64,000 nucleotides of DNA from Salisapilia sapeloensis CBS 127946 (taxonomy: Eukaryota; Protista; Oomycota), in NCBI GenBank assembly GCA_023334545.1, contig JAADVB010000021.1:61423-125422 (forward strand), read 5' to 3'. The notes beneath the pieces were generated by a model, which worked only from the letters and a program-made list of their open reading frames with translations, was not told the DNA's origin and searched no databases. Every line of letters begins with the position of its first letter. Positions within the stretch are counted from its first letter, which is position 1. Shown piece by piece: positions 34,501-45,800 of this stretch. Made by a program: the position numbers and the translations under genes.

Positions 34501-34548
34501 CGCGATGTCTTGCACGAGTGGCCCGACAGGCACCTCGTGGTCTTTCAT
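31525..34548 (-). CDS. Multidomain protein: N-terminal TM segment + DUF1769-like + PH/GRAM-like + DUF547, intronless
   Basis: IPFENDLFAGHVFIFTR...FWIQVQGKFK...GGEL (DUF1769-like); QEVLFVTPQELLFYR...LQVSTFGEEIVLCL (PH-like); KIAFYLNLYHVVLVHAMI, LSLAEIEHAILR, PDFRLSFAL, LPRVCEWYRQDFG (DUF547). Confidence 0.8.
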   Translation of the reverse strand: MKDHEVPVGPLVQDIAVLSSLSVATHYLFGLYGLVVAVLVVATAEHGERLWRRFTTSLHVNSYLPTSCLFDTDDIKCTQQEDDATASESSHQEDTLSSQVSTESVLTSGLLEDVGPLLSQGDLLSEYGLDQMLVRDLSSTATCRLMQVNSHLPIPFENDLFAGHVFIFTRTSSKDSTWAHLFENRQRCFWIQVQGKFKRSPKGTVFLGGELPSRISPGIFTRSIAHLVMRIVNKLVGRAILSFGDAADTQRPGIVFPLYQSVDQFVMTPEGVEPPSLGTRSFGETDNARRKRHETPVGQERFVVGPTYSFDFHTMYADLAKWKTANLPGIGDLSLSDLFDNLPLRLVAYDLASDATMEDRHLQKEKEYLFSFEVKHQPPASPDTTPLGSRRNSMTSRRDRTESDDSALGSASSTAVDSNYPLSTNVSDGSSLDGPNALESYSGLDAHACARHFDALRVSLAFWLEEIQLSSGLRRVHYVFNIRSEEGGWLAAVSAYDMRQLFHASKSWMRGAAREDVENMRFHCQSRSGSYSTISEEAQVVHRCMCSIDAMADTSREQVVALKAALYELLTSRQRLQPADSTNATCTPSRLGVNMSQRDRQDLGVSFEGVVYRFHTEEILRQEVLFVTPQELLFYRTYSTDATKRVSVDRVIGVQEIEMPYSQTHEQGFSYALQVSTFGEEIVLCLGTDKARSTWMRVLSQHCRPQENLDRCMTEEMVVCYTASPCVRPARRVVLNSRSLFPPALKVSPTEQVERALRRGLHIHTADQISVLDILDFLNEASGLRSMDLDAFHQTASHEDKIAFYLNLYHVVLVHAMISHGFPRSKRQWGFFLQHMCYAVGCGDGRQLTLSLAEIEHAILRARMPPAQLPHLSKLPENGLSSRFGLGHPDFRLSFALLMNQDGVEDVVVFDPTRVHEQLNAVVQKSLEGAIELDASKHLITLPRVCEWYRQDFGGQGSSLYCARKLVGFVRAPLQMELLTLLDAPTRLRIQFDTFKYSIKSVLKATS

Positions 34549-35335
34549 CGTGTACTGATCGAGTCACGAGACCAGCTCGAGAGATGTCTGCCCAAGATTG
34601 GCTTCAAGCCTATACCGTCCTGCAGCAGTTTAGACGGAGGCTAAAGCTACGAGTGCATTTCCACCAATCGGAGGAGGAGAGGAGGTACTTCAACCGCGAG
34701 ACACGTCATTTGGATCGGCTCGAGGGAGATCATGAACAAGACGGACTAGACGATGGTAGAGACTAGGAGGCTCTTCAAGCTTATAATTTAAGGCATGGAG
34801 TGCGGAGAATGGCAGTGAGTGAGCATGGGATCAGTCTTGGTGCTTTGACACTTGCAATGCATGAAACATACTCTTCTATCCGGTCGGTCTCTTTTCTAAG
34901 CTGAAGAAAGCAAGGTCACCCTATCAACCCAAACCAGTCTTCAGTTCACTTGCTTTGCAGACAAGAGTCAAAGAAGCTGTCGAGACGATAGCCAAGACTG
35001 CATCTTTTTATGATAAAACCACTCGATCGACAACGGCGGAATCGTACCATCGGATATGGAAAATTTCACACCTCTTCAGAGGCGAATCAGATCGCCTTCT
35101 TGCTTGTCCAGAGAGTATCGTATCTCTACCTTGCCAAACGCCTTCTCCGCCAAGTTTCCATCTTCCACAGCGCAAATTAGCGCTCCTCGTTTCGTCTCAG
35201 CTTTGGCCGTCTATCACTCGAGCTACGAATGCATCGGCCGATGGAATTGGTGGAAAAGCTTGTATAAGTACCAATCACAAGAGCGTACTTGTCCTCCATT
35301 AAAATATCACACGCACTTGATCAATTAATACCAAC

Positions 35336-37324
35336 ATGCTCGTGGCGTCCGAAGACGGACGGAAGCGCGGTCATGCGCCGTCATCACCGCTCAAGACCAA
35401 AATCAAGACTCTTGCGCCACAAAGGAACAGCCAGAGACACCAGCCCACCTCGAAGTCATCATCAGAGCGAAATAAACAGGCGAATGGAGCATCGACGAAG
35501 GACGTGCTGGTGCCTGTGAATCGACCGACGCAGGCCAAGAGCACAATGACCCAGTCAAAGGAAATTTTTAAGACCAGTACGTCTATTCCTCATCGTTCTG
35601 TATCGAATACCTAGAAGCTAACGAGAACGATAGAGGACAATAGCAAGTCACAGCAGCGCAAATTGGCACGAGATCGAGACCGGCGAGAGAAACAGGTCAA
35701 GAACGATACACTCAGTGTCATGTGCGCAGATAATAGTCGCGAGCCAAAGTGTCGGACTGGCAAGAGCAAATGGTCTACGATCGACCGGCCTCGACCTTTG
35801 TCCTCCATTCCCTCTCCGAAAGGCTCGAAAGAGTCCAAGTCATCCAGTCTCTCCGATCGGTACGTCTCCTGCATCTCTACTCTCTCACTGCAACCTTATT
35901 CATAAAACTCTTTCTAGACTCCACTCTGAAATCGTACAGTACGCCAAACAGACCAAGGAACGAGTGGAGGCCATGACAGTCGACATTGAGCTCTCCATCG
36001 ACAGCGTCCGGTCCTGCGTCCTAGGTCTCTGGCCAGAGTCTCGAGTGGAAACCTACGGGTCCTACTCTACCGGCATCTGGCTCCCCTCCAGTGACGTCGA
36101 CCTCGTTATCCTCGTACGTACCATCTATCCTCCATCTCCATCCTCCTCCTAACAGCATTCGCACTACAGGGAGTTGTCGACACAGATAGCACGAAACAGA
36201 CCGTCAAGGGATTACGTAAGCTTGCCAAGGAACTGGAGGAAAAGTCCTGGGTCGAGTCCCTCGTCGTGCTCGACCGAGCCTCCATCCCGGTCCTCAAGCT
36301 CGTGAGTGCCGAGACAGGTGTGCCCATCGACATCACATTCGAGTCTTCATCCACGCACAGTGGACTCATGGCGAGAGACTTGGTCAAGCGCCACGTCGCC
36401 GAACTACCAGAGCTCTATCCTTTAGCGATCGTCTTCAAACAGCTTCTGCGTGAACGAGAGCTGAACGATGCCTACACTGGCGGTCTCAGCTCCTACTCTG
36501 CGGTCCTCATGCTCGTCCACTTCTCTCTCCTACGTCGCCACGGACCAGAGTGCTTTGAAGCAGCGGCCTTGTACGCTTCCGGAGCAGACGCACCTCCGCC
36601 TGCGACACTAGCAAAGCGTAGGAAGGAGCGACTGGACCATGAGAAAGAGGCCAAGAGCTCGGAGAAGAAAGAAAGCGAGTCGGCAGAGACAAAGGAAGTC
36701 AAGCCGCTGGTCGAGGAAAAGAAAGCGCAGACGTACAGCTATGCAGACGTTGCGTCCGGTATCCCACGCGTACCGGAGGAGAAAGCAGAGAGTAAGCCTG
36801 TGAGCTACGCTGCGGCAGTGGCTGCAGCCAAGAAAGCGCAGATGAAGAACGCGACGGTCACCAAGGCTTCATCGCCCTTGAAGCGACCTTCCTCCACCAA
36901 CGGAGAGCATCACTCGGACGTTGGTAGCGTCACCAGCAGTGCCGACACGGAGGACATTTCGTCCTGCAGCGACGGCGCGGCTTCCTCTGCCGACGTGGAA
37001 GACGAGATGGTCAACCTCGGAGAACTCGTGCTCGCTGTGCTTGAGTTCTTTGGCACAGTCTTTGACTACCGCTGCAACGGACTAAGTGTGCGTGACGGAG
37101 GGTATATCTACCGTCTGGCGAGTCCAGACGCGACCAAGCCGACGCTTGTGATCGAAGACCCGATCAACCCAGACAGGAACGTGGCCGCCAGCAGCTTTGC
37201 GTTCGCCAAAGTCGTGACGGTGTTTGAAGACGCGTACTTTGCGCTGCAGTACTTTCGCGCATCCAAGTTCACACCAACGGCACTGGGCTGTCTACTCAAG
37301 ACACAGGACCTAGGGAAACGGTAA
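35336..37324 (+). CDS. TRF4: Non-canonical poly(A) polymerase TRF4/PAPD5-like (TRAMP), multi-exon, 5' end uncertain
   Basis: VETYGSYSTGIWLPSSDVDLVI (GS and DxD), PVLKLV...VPIDITF, TGGLSSYSAVLM, PAP-associated LVIEDPINPDRNVAASSF. Confidence 0.88.
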
Positions 37325-37473
37325 CGATCTTGTCAGCGGACCTGATGGAGGTTTCGCAGGCTCGGTGCGTTCAGTGGGTTTCCATATCGCCTGTACAAAG
37401 CTTAGGTCTGTTTTCCCTGTAGCCTAAAGAAGAAATGAATCAAAGCTGGATTGAAACAAAATTAATCTCGTAT

Positions 37474-39674
37474 CTATTCCTCCTCCTCGTCCATATCGAG
37501 AGACTCATACCCGTCGGCATCGTCCGACACAGCGTCACTCTCGTCTTCCTCATCCACGTTGAGCTCCTGCATCAACGTCTGTACTCTCGATACAGCAGCA
37601 GCAGACGAGCTAAGCGAATACGAACTGTGGCGCTTCGTCGCAACCACCAAAAAGTCCTGGTCTTCCGTCTGAATCGGGTGCATGTCGTCCAGCACAACTA
37701 TAAAGCTACCGTCTTGCATCTCGTTCACCTTGGCTTTCGTCGACTCCGACACATTCTTAAGCCACTTTTCCTTGACACTCAGCAGCTCTGCGAATTCATC
37801 CATGGACAGCTGCAGCACTCGTTCAGACAAGAGCGGAAGCAAGAGATGCGCTCCGTCATCCGTAATGTCGTATGCGTCTGCCTTCGGGTGGAAGGCCATC
37901 ACGCCTGCACGATGAATGTTGAGAGGCGTGGTGAAGGAGGACGAGGCAAAGGCACTGACGTCAGGCGACACCACATGCACCTCCCGATCGCGATTCAACG
38001 CTCGGTGTTCCATAAAGTGGTACTTCTCCATCCCTTCCGGCAGCCCAAAGAAGGACTGGAGGTGCGTCAGAGTCTTGTCGCTTAAGACAGTGTAGCTGCC
38101 TAACGCCTTCTTAGCTGCCTTGGTCGGTTTCTTCGCGTACGGATTCACTGGACCTTCCTCTACTGCCTCCTCCACGACTGCCTTCTTCCGAAGAAGCGCG
38201 AGGAAGAGTCCATTGGTGTCATTCTGATGAGGAAGAAGTCGAACGCATTTATCCAGCTTCATCCACTTCTTCTCGGCGGCAGAAGGAGCCCACATGGACG
38301 GCCGCATGCGTTTCTTCTGTTCATCAGATGCAGACTTCCAGTTCTTGACGACCTTCAAGTCGTTGTCCAAAACATCCCATGAAGAGCGTCCCTTTTGTAC
38401 GTTTAAATCCGATAGGAAGGACGTGGTATCGACCAATTCATAGCTGTCCTTACTACTCCGCAAGAGCTCAGCGACCACTGCCTCATTCTCCACCTGATTA
38501 AAGGACCGAGTGACATACAGAAGACTGCCTCCGACCTTTACCATTCGCATACCCTTCTTCACCAAAGAGATCTGGGTCGAGTGGTATTGCCACGCTCGCG
38601 ATGGCGTCCACGTCCGCCACTTTTCCGGATTCTTTCGAGCAAACCCGTCGCCAGAGCAAGGAGCGCAGCAGACGACACGGTCGAATTGCTGACTTTCACC
38701 AGCCTCTGGGAAGGTTAAAGGAGCATGGGCTGTCACCATGAGCTCCGTCGACGCTGGTGCTGTTCTCGATAGGTTCCGGACAGAGTTGGTCGCCGTCGCT
38801 GCGTCCTTTTCATTCACAACAAGCCTCCCAGTGCCCAGGATGGAAGTGATACTCCCGTCCTTCTGACCCGTGAGACGTTCCAATAGCAAAGGAGCTCGGT
38901 GTTCTCCGCCACCACACAGGTCCAACACACTCTGACCGGGACTCAAGTCCAGACAATGTGCTATGATAGTCGACGCTGGTTCCTGTCGCATCAGCGTACC
39001 CAGCTGAGCCTGCGTGTGGAAGTAAGTGTTGAGCTCCCGTAGCATCTCGCTCTTGCGAAAGCTCTTGACATCCAGCGAAAGTTTCCACAGCCGCTTCGTC
39101 CCATCATACGCCACTGGCCCAAACGACACTTGGTGCTCTTCGCCAGAAGCGTGGGGAACCACTACGCCGTTCAAGTCAAAGTCCATTTCCAGCGTACCGG
39201 CGACGACGTCACTCAGGCTCAAGTAATTGCCTGTGCATTATGCGATTCTCAACTAAGTATACCGACAAATGAACGATTAAAGCATAAAGAAGACGCACCA
39301 TTGATCCGGACGTAGACTGGCATTGGCTTCTTGAGTCCTTCAAGGAAGGCGTGCCATTCATCCTGCGGCAACTGGAGCAGTTGCTTGTAGTACTTTTCAA
39401 ACGCTTCGTTCTCACGGTCAAATTTGCGCCACACAATCTTCTCTGCACGCTTCTTGGTGGACTTTGCAGCCTGCGTCTTGGCATTGTCGTGGTCATTCGC
39501 GTCCTCATTCACCTCGACGGTTCCTGCCGTCTCGAGAGACGCAAGTGGGATGGGTCCACCGGACGCTGGTCCATCTTCGTCACTGCTTCCATCACTGTGA
39601 TACGCTAACTTGGCTTTCTTATTGGCCTTGGCTGGAGCTGCCTGTCGCTTCCGTCGTCCATTCTTGGCCGCCAT
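37474..39674 (-). CDS. NSUN2: NSUN2/Trm4-family RNA m5C methyltransferase homologue with degenerate catalytic motifs (intron ~39231-39305)
   Basis: FEKYYKQLLQLPQDEWHAFLEGLKKPMPVYVRING, LMRQEPAS, FDRVVCCAPCSGDG, GGSLLYVTRSFNQVENEAVV, RLLPHQNDTNGLFLALLRK. Confidence 0.85.
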
Positions 39675-39851
39675 CGTAGTGCCCGAGGTCGTTGGCAGGC
39701 AAGGAGGTGTGTATGTTCCACCAGACATATATTATTCCTTATGAACAGATCCTGCACAGTCGTGGACACCAGACGAGACCAAGTCGAGTAGCCAAAGGTG
39801 CTTTTATCTACCTACCTTTTTCCTCTGTACATCCTACACTAGACCTACTAG

Positions 39852-42800
39852 CTAGCGCTTCTCGAGTAACGACCGTAAAGGCACAGGCATCGACTTGCGG
39901 AGGAACTGTAGAGTGTGCAGGTCGTCCGCGTGCATGTCGCTCGTCGTGGCTGTCAAGAGCTCCTTCATGAACGTCGTGTTCGATTGCTCCACCTACAGAC
40001 ACGCATATCGTTAGACGAGTACTTCCAGACACTCTTCTCCTAGATCTTACCGTTTCAAGGATGCTCCTGTCGATGGCTGGAATCGGAGACTCCTTGCTCT
40101 TGTACTCTGCCGCCGCCTCGCTCGACAGACTGGCCGCCGACATGGACAGCGCCATAGCCTGTGCCAGCAACATGGCCTCTTCATCGTCTCCTTCACTACT
40201 GGATGGAGGCGTGATGATCATGTCCTGAGGTCCATCCCCTTGGTCCTGGTTGCTCTCGGGTGCCTCGTAGCTGAGTTTCTTGTACAGGAGCAAGTAGGCA
40301 GAGTCCGAGACCGAGTTGGCCATCGTCTTGTTCAGTTCGTCCCAACTGGACCGCTCGACCCTCGTGTCATTGAACTTGATCCAAGGAGCCAGAGGAGCGT
40401 CCTTCAAGTGCAGCTGCTGCGTGCTTTCGTCGCTCTCTCGACAGAAGCTGTAGTAGTGACCAGAGTTAGCTGTCATGCCGCTGTGGACGAGCACTCCGTA
40501 GAGTCCGTACTGCCGCTTCCGCATCTCCTTCTTGGTCGCCTCCTCCTCCTGGTTTCTCGCGTCGTACAGCACTGCTTCGTCCTCTTCTCGGACCTCGGGG
40601 AGGGTCAGGAGAGGTGGGAACTGGACGTCGTGCAGGTTCTTACGCGTCTGCTGCTGCGTCCAGTCGTAGTACATACGCTTGAGCGTCAAAATGAGGTGCT
40701 GCGGAGGTTTCACCACAACCGAGTGGGCACGAGACTCAGTCTTTTTCTCACAGGTGCTGCAGGAGATGGCATTGTCACCGCCGAGCGTCCGTGTAGCTGC
40801 GAATCTCGACAGCATCGAGTCCAGGTCGTGTCGCCACATGCGTTCCGACGCGACGAGACTTCCGTCCTTCCACTCCGTCCCGTAGTCCTTCTTGAACGCG
40901 ACTCGAACGTACGAGTCCTTATAGAGCGTCCATGGTCCACCGACAGTATTATTGGAGGCGGTGGTAGCTGTGGCAGGTCCAGTGGTAGCAAGAGCTGGTT
41001 CATAGCCGCTCCACCAGCCCTTGAGCTCATCCAAGGCCCCTTGCGTCGTTAGCTCGAAGGGGTATCTGGCAGACACAGATCCCGCGACGCTGACATCATC
41101 CGAGCTCCAGAACCCAATCATAGTCTTCCCGACCGAAGTAGTCGTGTGGTAAACAACTCCTCTAACACTCCCAGGCATGGCGCCATGGACGACCGGTCCG
41201 AACCTGCCTTCAAACGATCGAGCCTCCTGGACTGTATCGACCACGGCCAGAGACAACACCTTTGGCAAGTTGGAAGCAGCAGACGTGAGCTCATACTGTC
41301 CATTCGCATCGTTCTCCATCGGCCGAACGACATCCGACAGCTGACCTTTGAGGAAGCACAAAAAGATCGACGTGCTGCCTGCGCCTTGGTTTAGGTTCGC
41401 ATCCATCCCTAGCGGCGTCTGCTGGATCTTGGTGAAGCCCGTTGGAACAGGATCTGGCGTAGGTCCAGACGTCCACATCAAGGCCAGGTCCATCAGGCAC
41501 TTTGCCTTGGACGTAGCACTCGTCGTCGCCGAGTCTCGTCGGAAGCAGATGAACATCGGAATGCCATTCGACCCGTCGTTCACGTTGGCAGACGCTCCAC
41601 ACGGCGTCTCTCGGATGCAAATGTAGTGGTCTGGTACAGCGTCGATCTCTCCATAGATGACACACACGTCACTCACGTACCCTCCTTCTGGCGCTTCAGA
41701 CGACCGACGCAGACCCAGGTACATGGGATGTGGAGCTGGTGTGTCGGCGACCAGACTGCCGGAGCGTCCGGAGCAAGTCTTGTGCAACACCTCCACTCCC
41801 TCCGGCACAGCCTCGTCTCCTCTTAACACCACCAAGTCCGAGATTGGCCACTTGCTGTCGACGCTCTTGCTCTTCTGCACTCCCTGGATATTCATGCTCT
41901 TGCCCTTGCCGTCTCCTACGAAGCCACTGAGGACGTACCCAGTGCTCTGGCCAGACCACCGAAGCTCAATGTCAAAGAGCTGCGCGTGCTTCACGCCGGA
42001 GCTCTTCCAGTACCCAGACACTTGGTAGCTATCCGGCTGGCAAGCTCCTTCCGACGCCATCGACTGACTCCAGGAGCTTGCTGCCTTGGTTGCAAGAGCA
42101 GTGATCTGTCCTCCGCCGTCGAAACGACCGTCCACACGCAGCGTCTGCCCCATGGGTTCCGACACGGACGTGACTTTAAGAGCCCGACGCGATCGGTCTG
42201 TGTCGTCTCCTGCCATCCAGTTGGCCCTGAGCGCCGTCGCATCCACCTTGTCGGCACTCGCCTGAGGATACAGATCGATGACCTCATAGTCCTGGTACTT
42301 TGGCACTTGTCTCGGCGCTCGGAAGACGTCGATGGTCGAAATGGGGTTCCCGTGGCCTCTTTGGACCATCAGTTGGGACGGAACGCTCGTTTTATCCTCC
42401 GTGTCCTGCACGTCAGACACGGAAGACGCAGGACTGCCGATCGACTTCCACCCTCGCTCCTCATACTCATGTACCTGCGCACCCTCCACCAGCTTGAGAT
42501 CCGTCAGGCAAGGCTCCTTTCCGCCGACCTTGAGGGCCAAGTACTGCTTCGCAGCGTCCTCGTGACTCAGATTGAGCAAATGGTCCACCATGCGGTACCC
42601 AGGGATGCCTCCATTTACAATCTGAAGGTCTGTCAGAGGCGTGTCTCGTCGGTAGCAAAGATAGACCTTGGCGCCGTCTCCTTGGTTCAAGTCAATGTCA
42701 ATGTGCTTGAAGCCGTCCGGGATGGACTCGCTGTTGTATGTGATCCGAAGGTCAGTGATGGCCGAGCCGTTCGGATCGCGCTTGTAGAAGAGGTACACCT

Positions 42801-45800
42801 GCTTCTTGGTAGCAGACACGCCGCCGAGGTTCAAGTCCACCTCCACTCGTTCAAACCCTACGGCCGTTGGTTTCGGGTCGGCCGCAGGGGCCACCTTGAT
42901 CATCAAGTCCGTGATCGGTCTCTCGTCGCCAGTCGTCTCGCCTGCGTCGTTCTCCGGACTGCGCTTGATGCACAAGTAGACGTAGGACGCGCCGTTGCGC
43001 TCCTTATTCAGGTCATAGTTGAGTCGTTCAAAGCCTGGTGGGGCGCCAATGCCAGAGCCAGCGCCTCCCACCGCTTCGATGCCTGTGATGGGCGTGTACT
43101 TGAGGTCGATCATGTTGAGCAAGAGTTCCCAAAAGTACTCTCGGTTGACACTCTTCTTCCCACACTCCTTGCACGCCAAGATGGTCGCCTGCTGACCTCC
43201 AAAGACATCCGCGATCTTGTCTCTCGTCTCTTGGTTCTGCGCCAGCTGCTGCGACAGGGCGTCCATGAGGAAGTGGGCAAAGTCCGACGTGTCCTGCTGC
43301 CGACCGGCTTGGAAGAGGCTCGGGAGACATCTCTGAAGGGCGTGGGAGTCGATCTTTGGGCGTTGGGAAGCAATGAGACGAGAGAAGAGTTCCTGGACAC
43401 ACTGGAGGACGTGCTTGCCGCTCTCGTCCGGCATGAAGCTGTCTGCCTTCTGCGATAAAACGAGTCTCCGAAAGGCTTGCGTCATAAAGAGCGTCTGGAG
43501 GAAAGAGTTCTGGTAGCACACATTGATCAGGTTCTGCTCCATGTTGATCAGACCAGAGTAGAACGGAGACAGAGGGCGAGGCGCTGGCTTGCTCAGGTCG
43601 CCAGGAGCTATGCCACGGAAGTCGTGCGACACTGGGGACGCCACGCACCTCCACTCGCCCGATCCGTCGCCTCGGAACCATTTGCCGTCGAAGCGAGAGA
43701 CGCTCCGGTCCCACTGGAAGAGGAAGGCATGCTTCTGCGCCTGATTCGCCTTCTGGAACGTCCCTTCCAGCTTCCACGCGCCAGAGTCATTCAGACGAGC
43801 AAGACCACTTAGGATGCCGCTGCCTTCCACGTAGACGCCATCAATGTACTCGCCCATGAAGCTACTGCCTAGTGTAAACTGGAGTTTGCCTCCCGTTGTA
43901 CTCCACTCTCCGTCCTGCAATCTCTGGACCATGTCAAGAGAGCAGGAAGACTGCGCCACCGTGTGCTTGTACTCTTGCAAAAACTGGAGGTTATTCACAG
44001 CCTCGTCATTGCCAGTCGCCTGGTTGTCTTCAGTCGTCACATCAATCGCCGTCGCTTCCGATCGACCATCCTGCGCCACTGGCGTCGGCGTACTAGCTGT
44101 CATGGACACATCAGGCGCAGTGGCGACTGGAAGCGCTTCTGCCGGTCGTTCGCTCGAACACATAAAGCACTTGGCGTCCGACGCGTTGTTCTCCATCGTA
44201 CACGCCGGACAGGTCCAGCTAGTCGAAGGAGTGGCTTGCACGACGCTCTGCTCTGCTGCTTGAGACAGCGTCGACAGTCCCGATGTCTGGCTCTGTTGGA
44301 GAGCAGCAGCAGAGGCAGAGGCTGGTCGAGGCGTGTCACAGACCGTGCATTTAGTCGCCTCAGGTGAATTCAGCATGGTACAGGCAGAGCAGGACCATTC
44401 GGACGGAATGGGGACGTTTGCTGAGGTAGACGCACTTGGACTGTCCACAGGCACGAGGGCAGTGCAGGTAGAGGGGTCTTTACTAGCGGCGGAGACAGAA
44501 GTCGTGGGAAAGGAGGGAGGTGGGGTGCCACAGACAGAGCAGAAGGACGCAGACTTGGCGTTTACGACCGTGCACTTGCCGCAGCACCAGTACGAGATGG
44601 GGATCGGCTGGTCCACGGCTGGGTGGTCTACTGCAGAGATGCTCGTAGAGCACCGGCACCACCCTCCCTGCACCTGACAAGCACACGAGGTAGTGACGAT
44701 CCCCATGCCCACGAGCTCATGTCCTTGGTGGCAGACAGCAGCACAGACGCGACAGAGCATGGCTCCATGAACTAGGTTACATGTCTGACAGCCATACGCT
44801 TCTTGGGCAAAGGCACTTCCGTCGCTCGTAGACTTGGAGCACGCCACTTGCCTCGCCTGACTGTCGTCTTTAGTCTGCTCTCCTTCCGTCTCGGACGGTC
44901 GAGAGAAGCCGTAGAGAGCAGCGATGACAGAGTCCCTCGTAGCAGGTACAGTCTCGTTGGCGATGAAGCTCAGTTTGTGGACAGACATCTCTTGCGTCGG
45001 TTTAAAGATGACTCCGAAGCGAGAGCCCTGACCTGTTTGCAGTCGTAGAGCCGTCTCCAGATCCAAGCCACTCACGAACGCAGCAGCATGGTTCCCTACC
45101 TGCAGCTCGATCGTGTGCGTCTCGATATTGTATCGAAGGTAAACTTCTAGCGCAGAGGTCGAGTGCATGTCCAGTGGCGCGAGGGACGGAGCAGAGCAGA
45201 CGAGGTAGGTCCGACGGTCGGCCATTAAGTAGAGCCCCACATCCGCTCGGAAGACACCATCAGCACCCACCTTGTACTCCATCCTTACAAAGAGCGCTCG
45301 TCCATCACACTTCGCCTCGCCTCTACCACTAGTTGTCAACGCCAGGGCCTCTCGGATGAGAGGAGACGCCTGCCAGTATGACGCGTTGCTAAAGGCGAAT
45401 ACGAACGACCCTTGTGTCGACAGACTTACTTCTAGAGACGTCTGGAAGCCTCTTTCGGTCGTCACAGGTTCCTTGGCCCACACTGCACCACCGAAAGGAC
45501 TCGAGTGGATTGACAGACGCTTGTTGCGTACAGACACCAGCCCACTCATCACAAAGGTGTTTCCGATGGAGCTAGTGAAGACGTCTCGGACAGGAAGGTC
45601 TGTTATCGACAAGCCGTAATCGAATCGACTCTTCTTGGTCATCCCTCTCGCACCATACACTTCCAACGGACACGCGTGGTTTTCGTTCCGAGACGAGTCC
45701 ACAAGCATATTGTGTCGCTCCCCCACTAGACAAAAGTATCCGACTAAGTCCTTCTCGTCCCCACACAAGGCCTGTCGGATGCAAGGGCCTTGGAAGGTGG

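Noticed and set aside
39808-40050. USP ORF running to 39808 as in the ORF track
   Set aside because: A 58-nt GTAAGA...CTGTAG intron (40050-39993) gives a more plausible C-terminus ending at 39852
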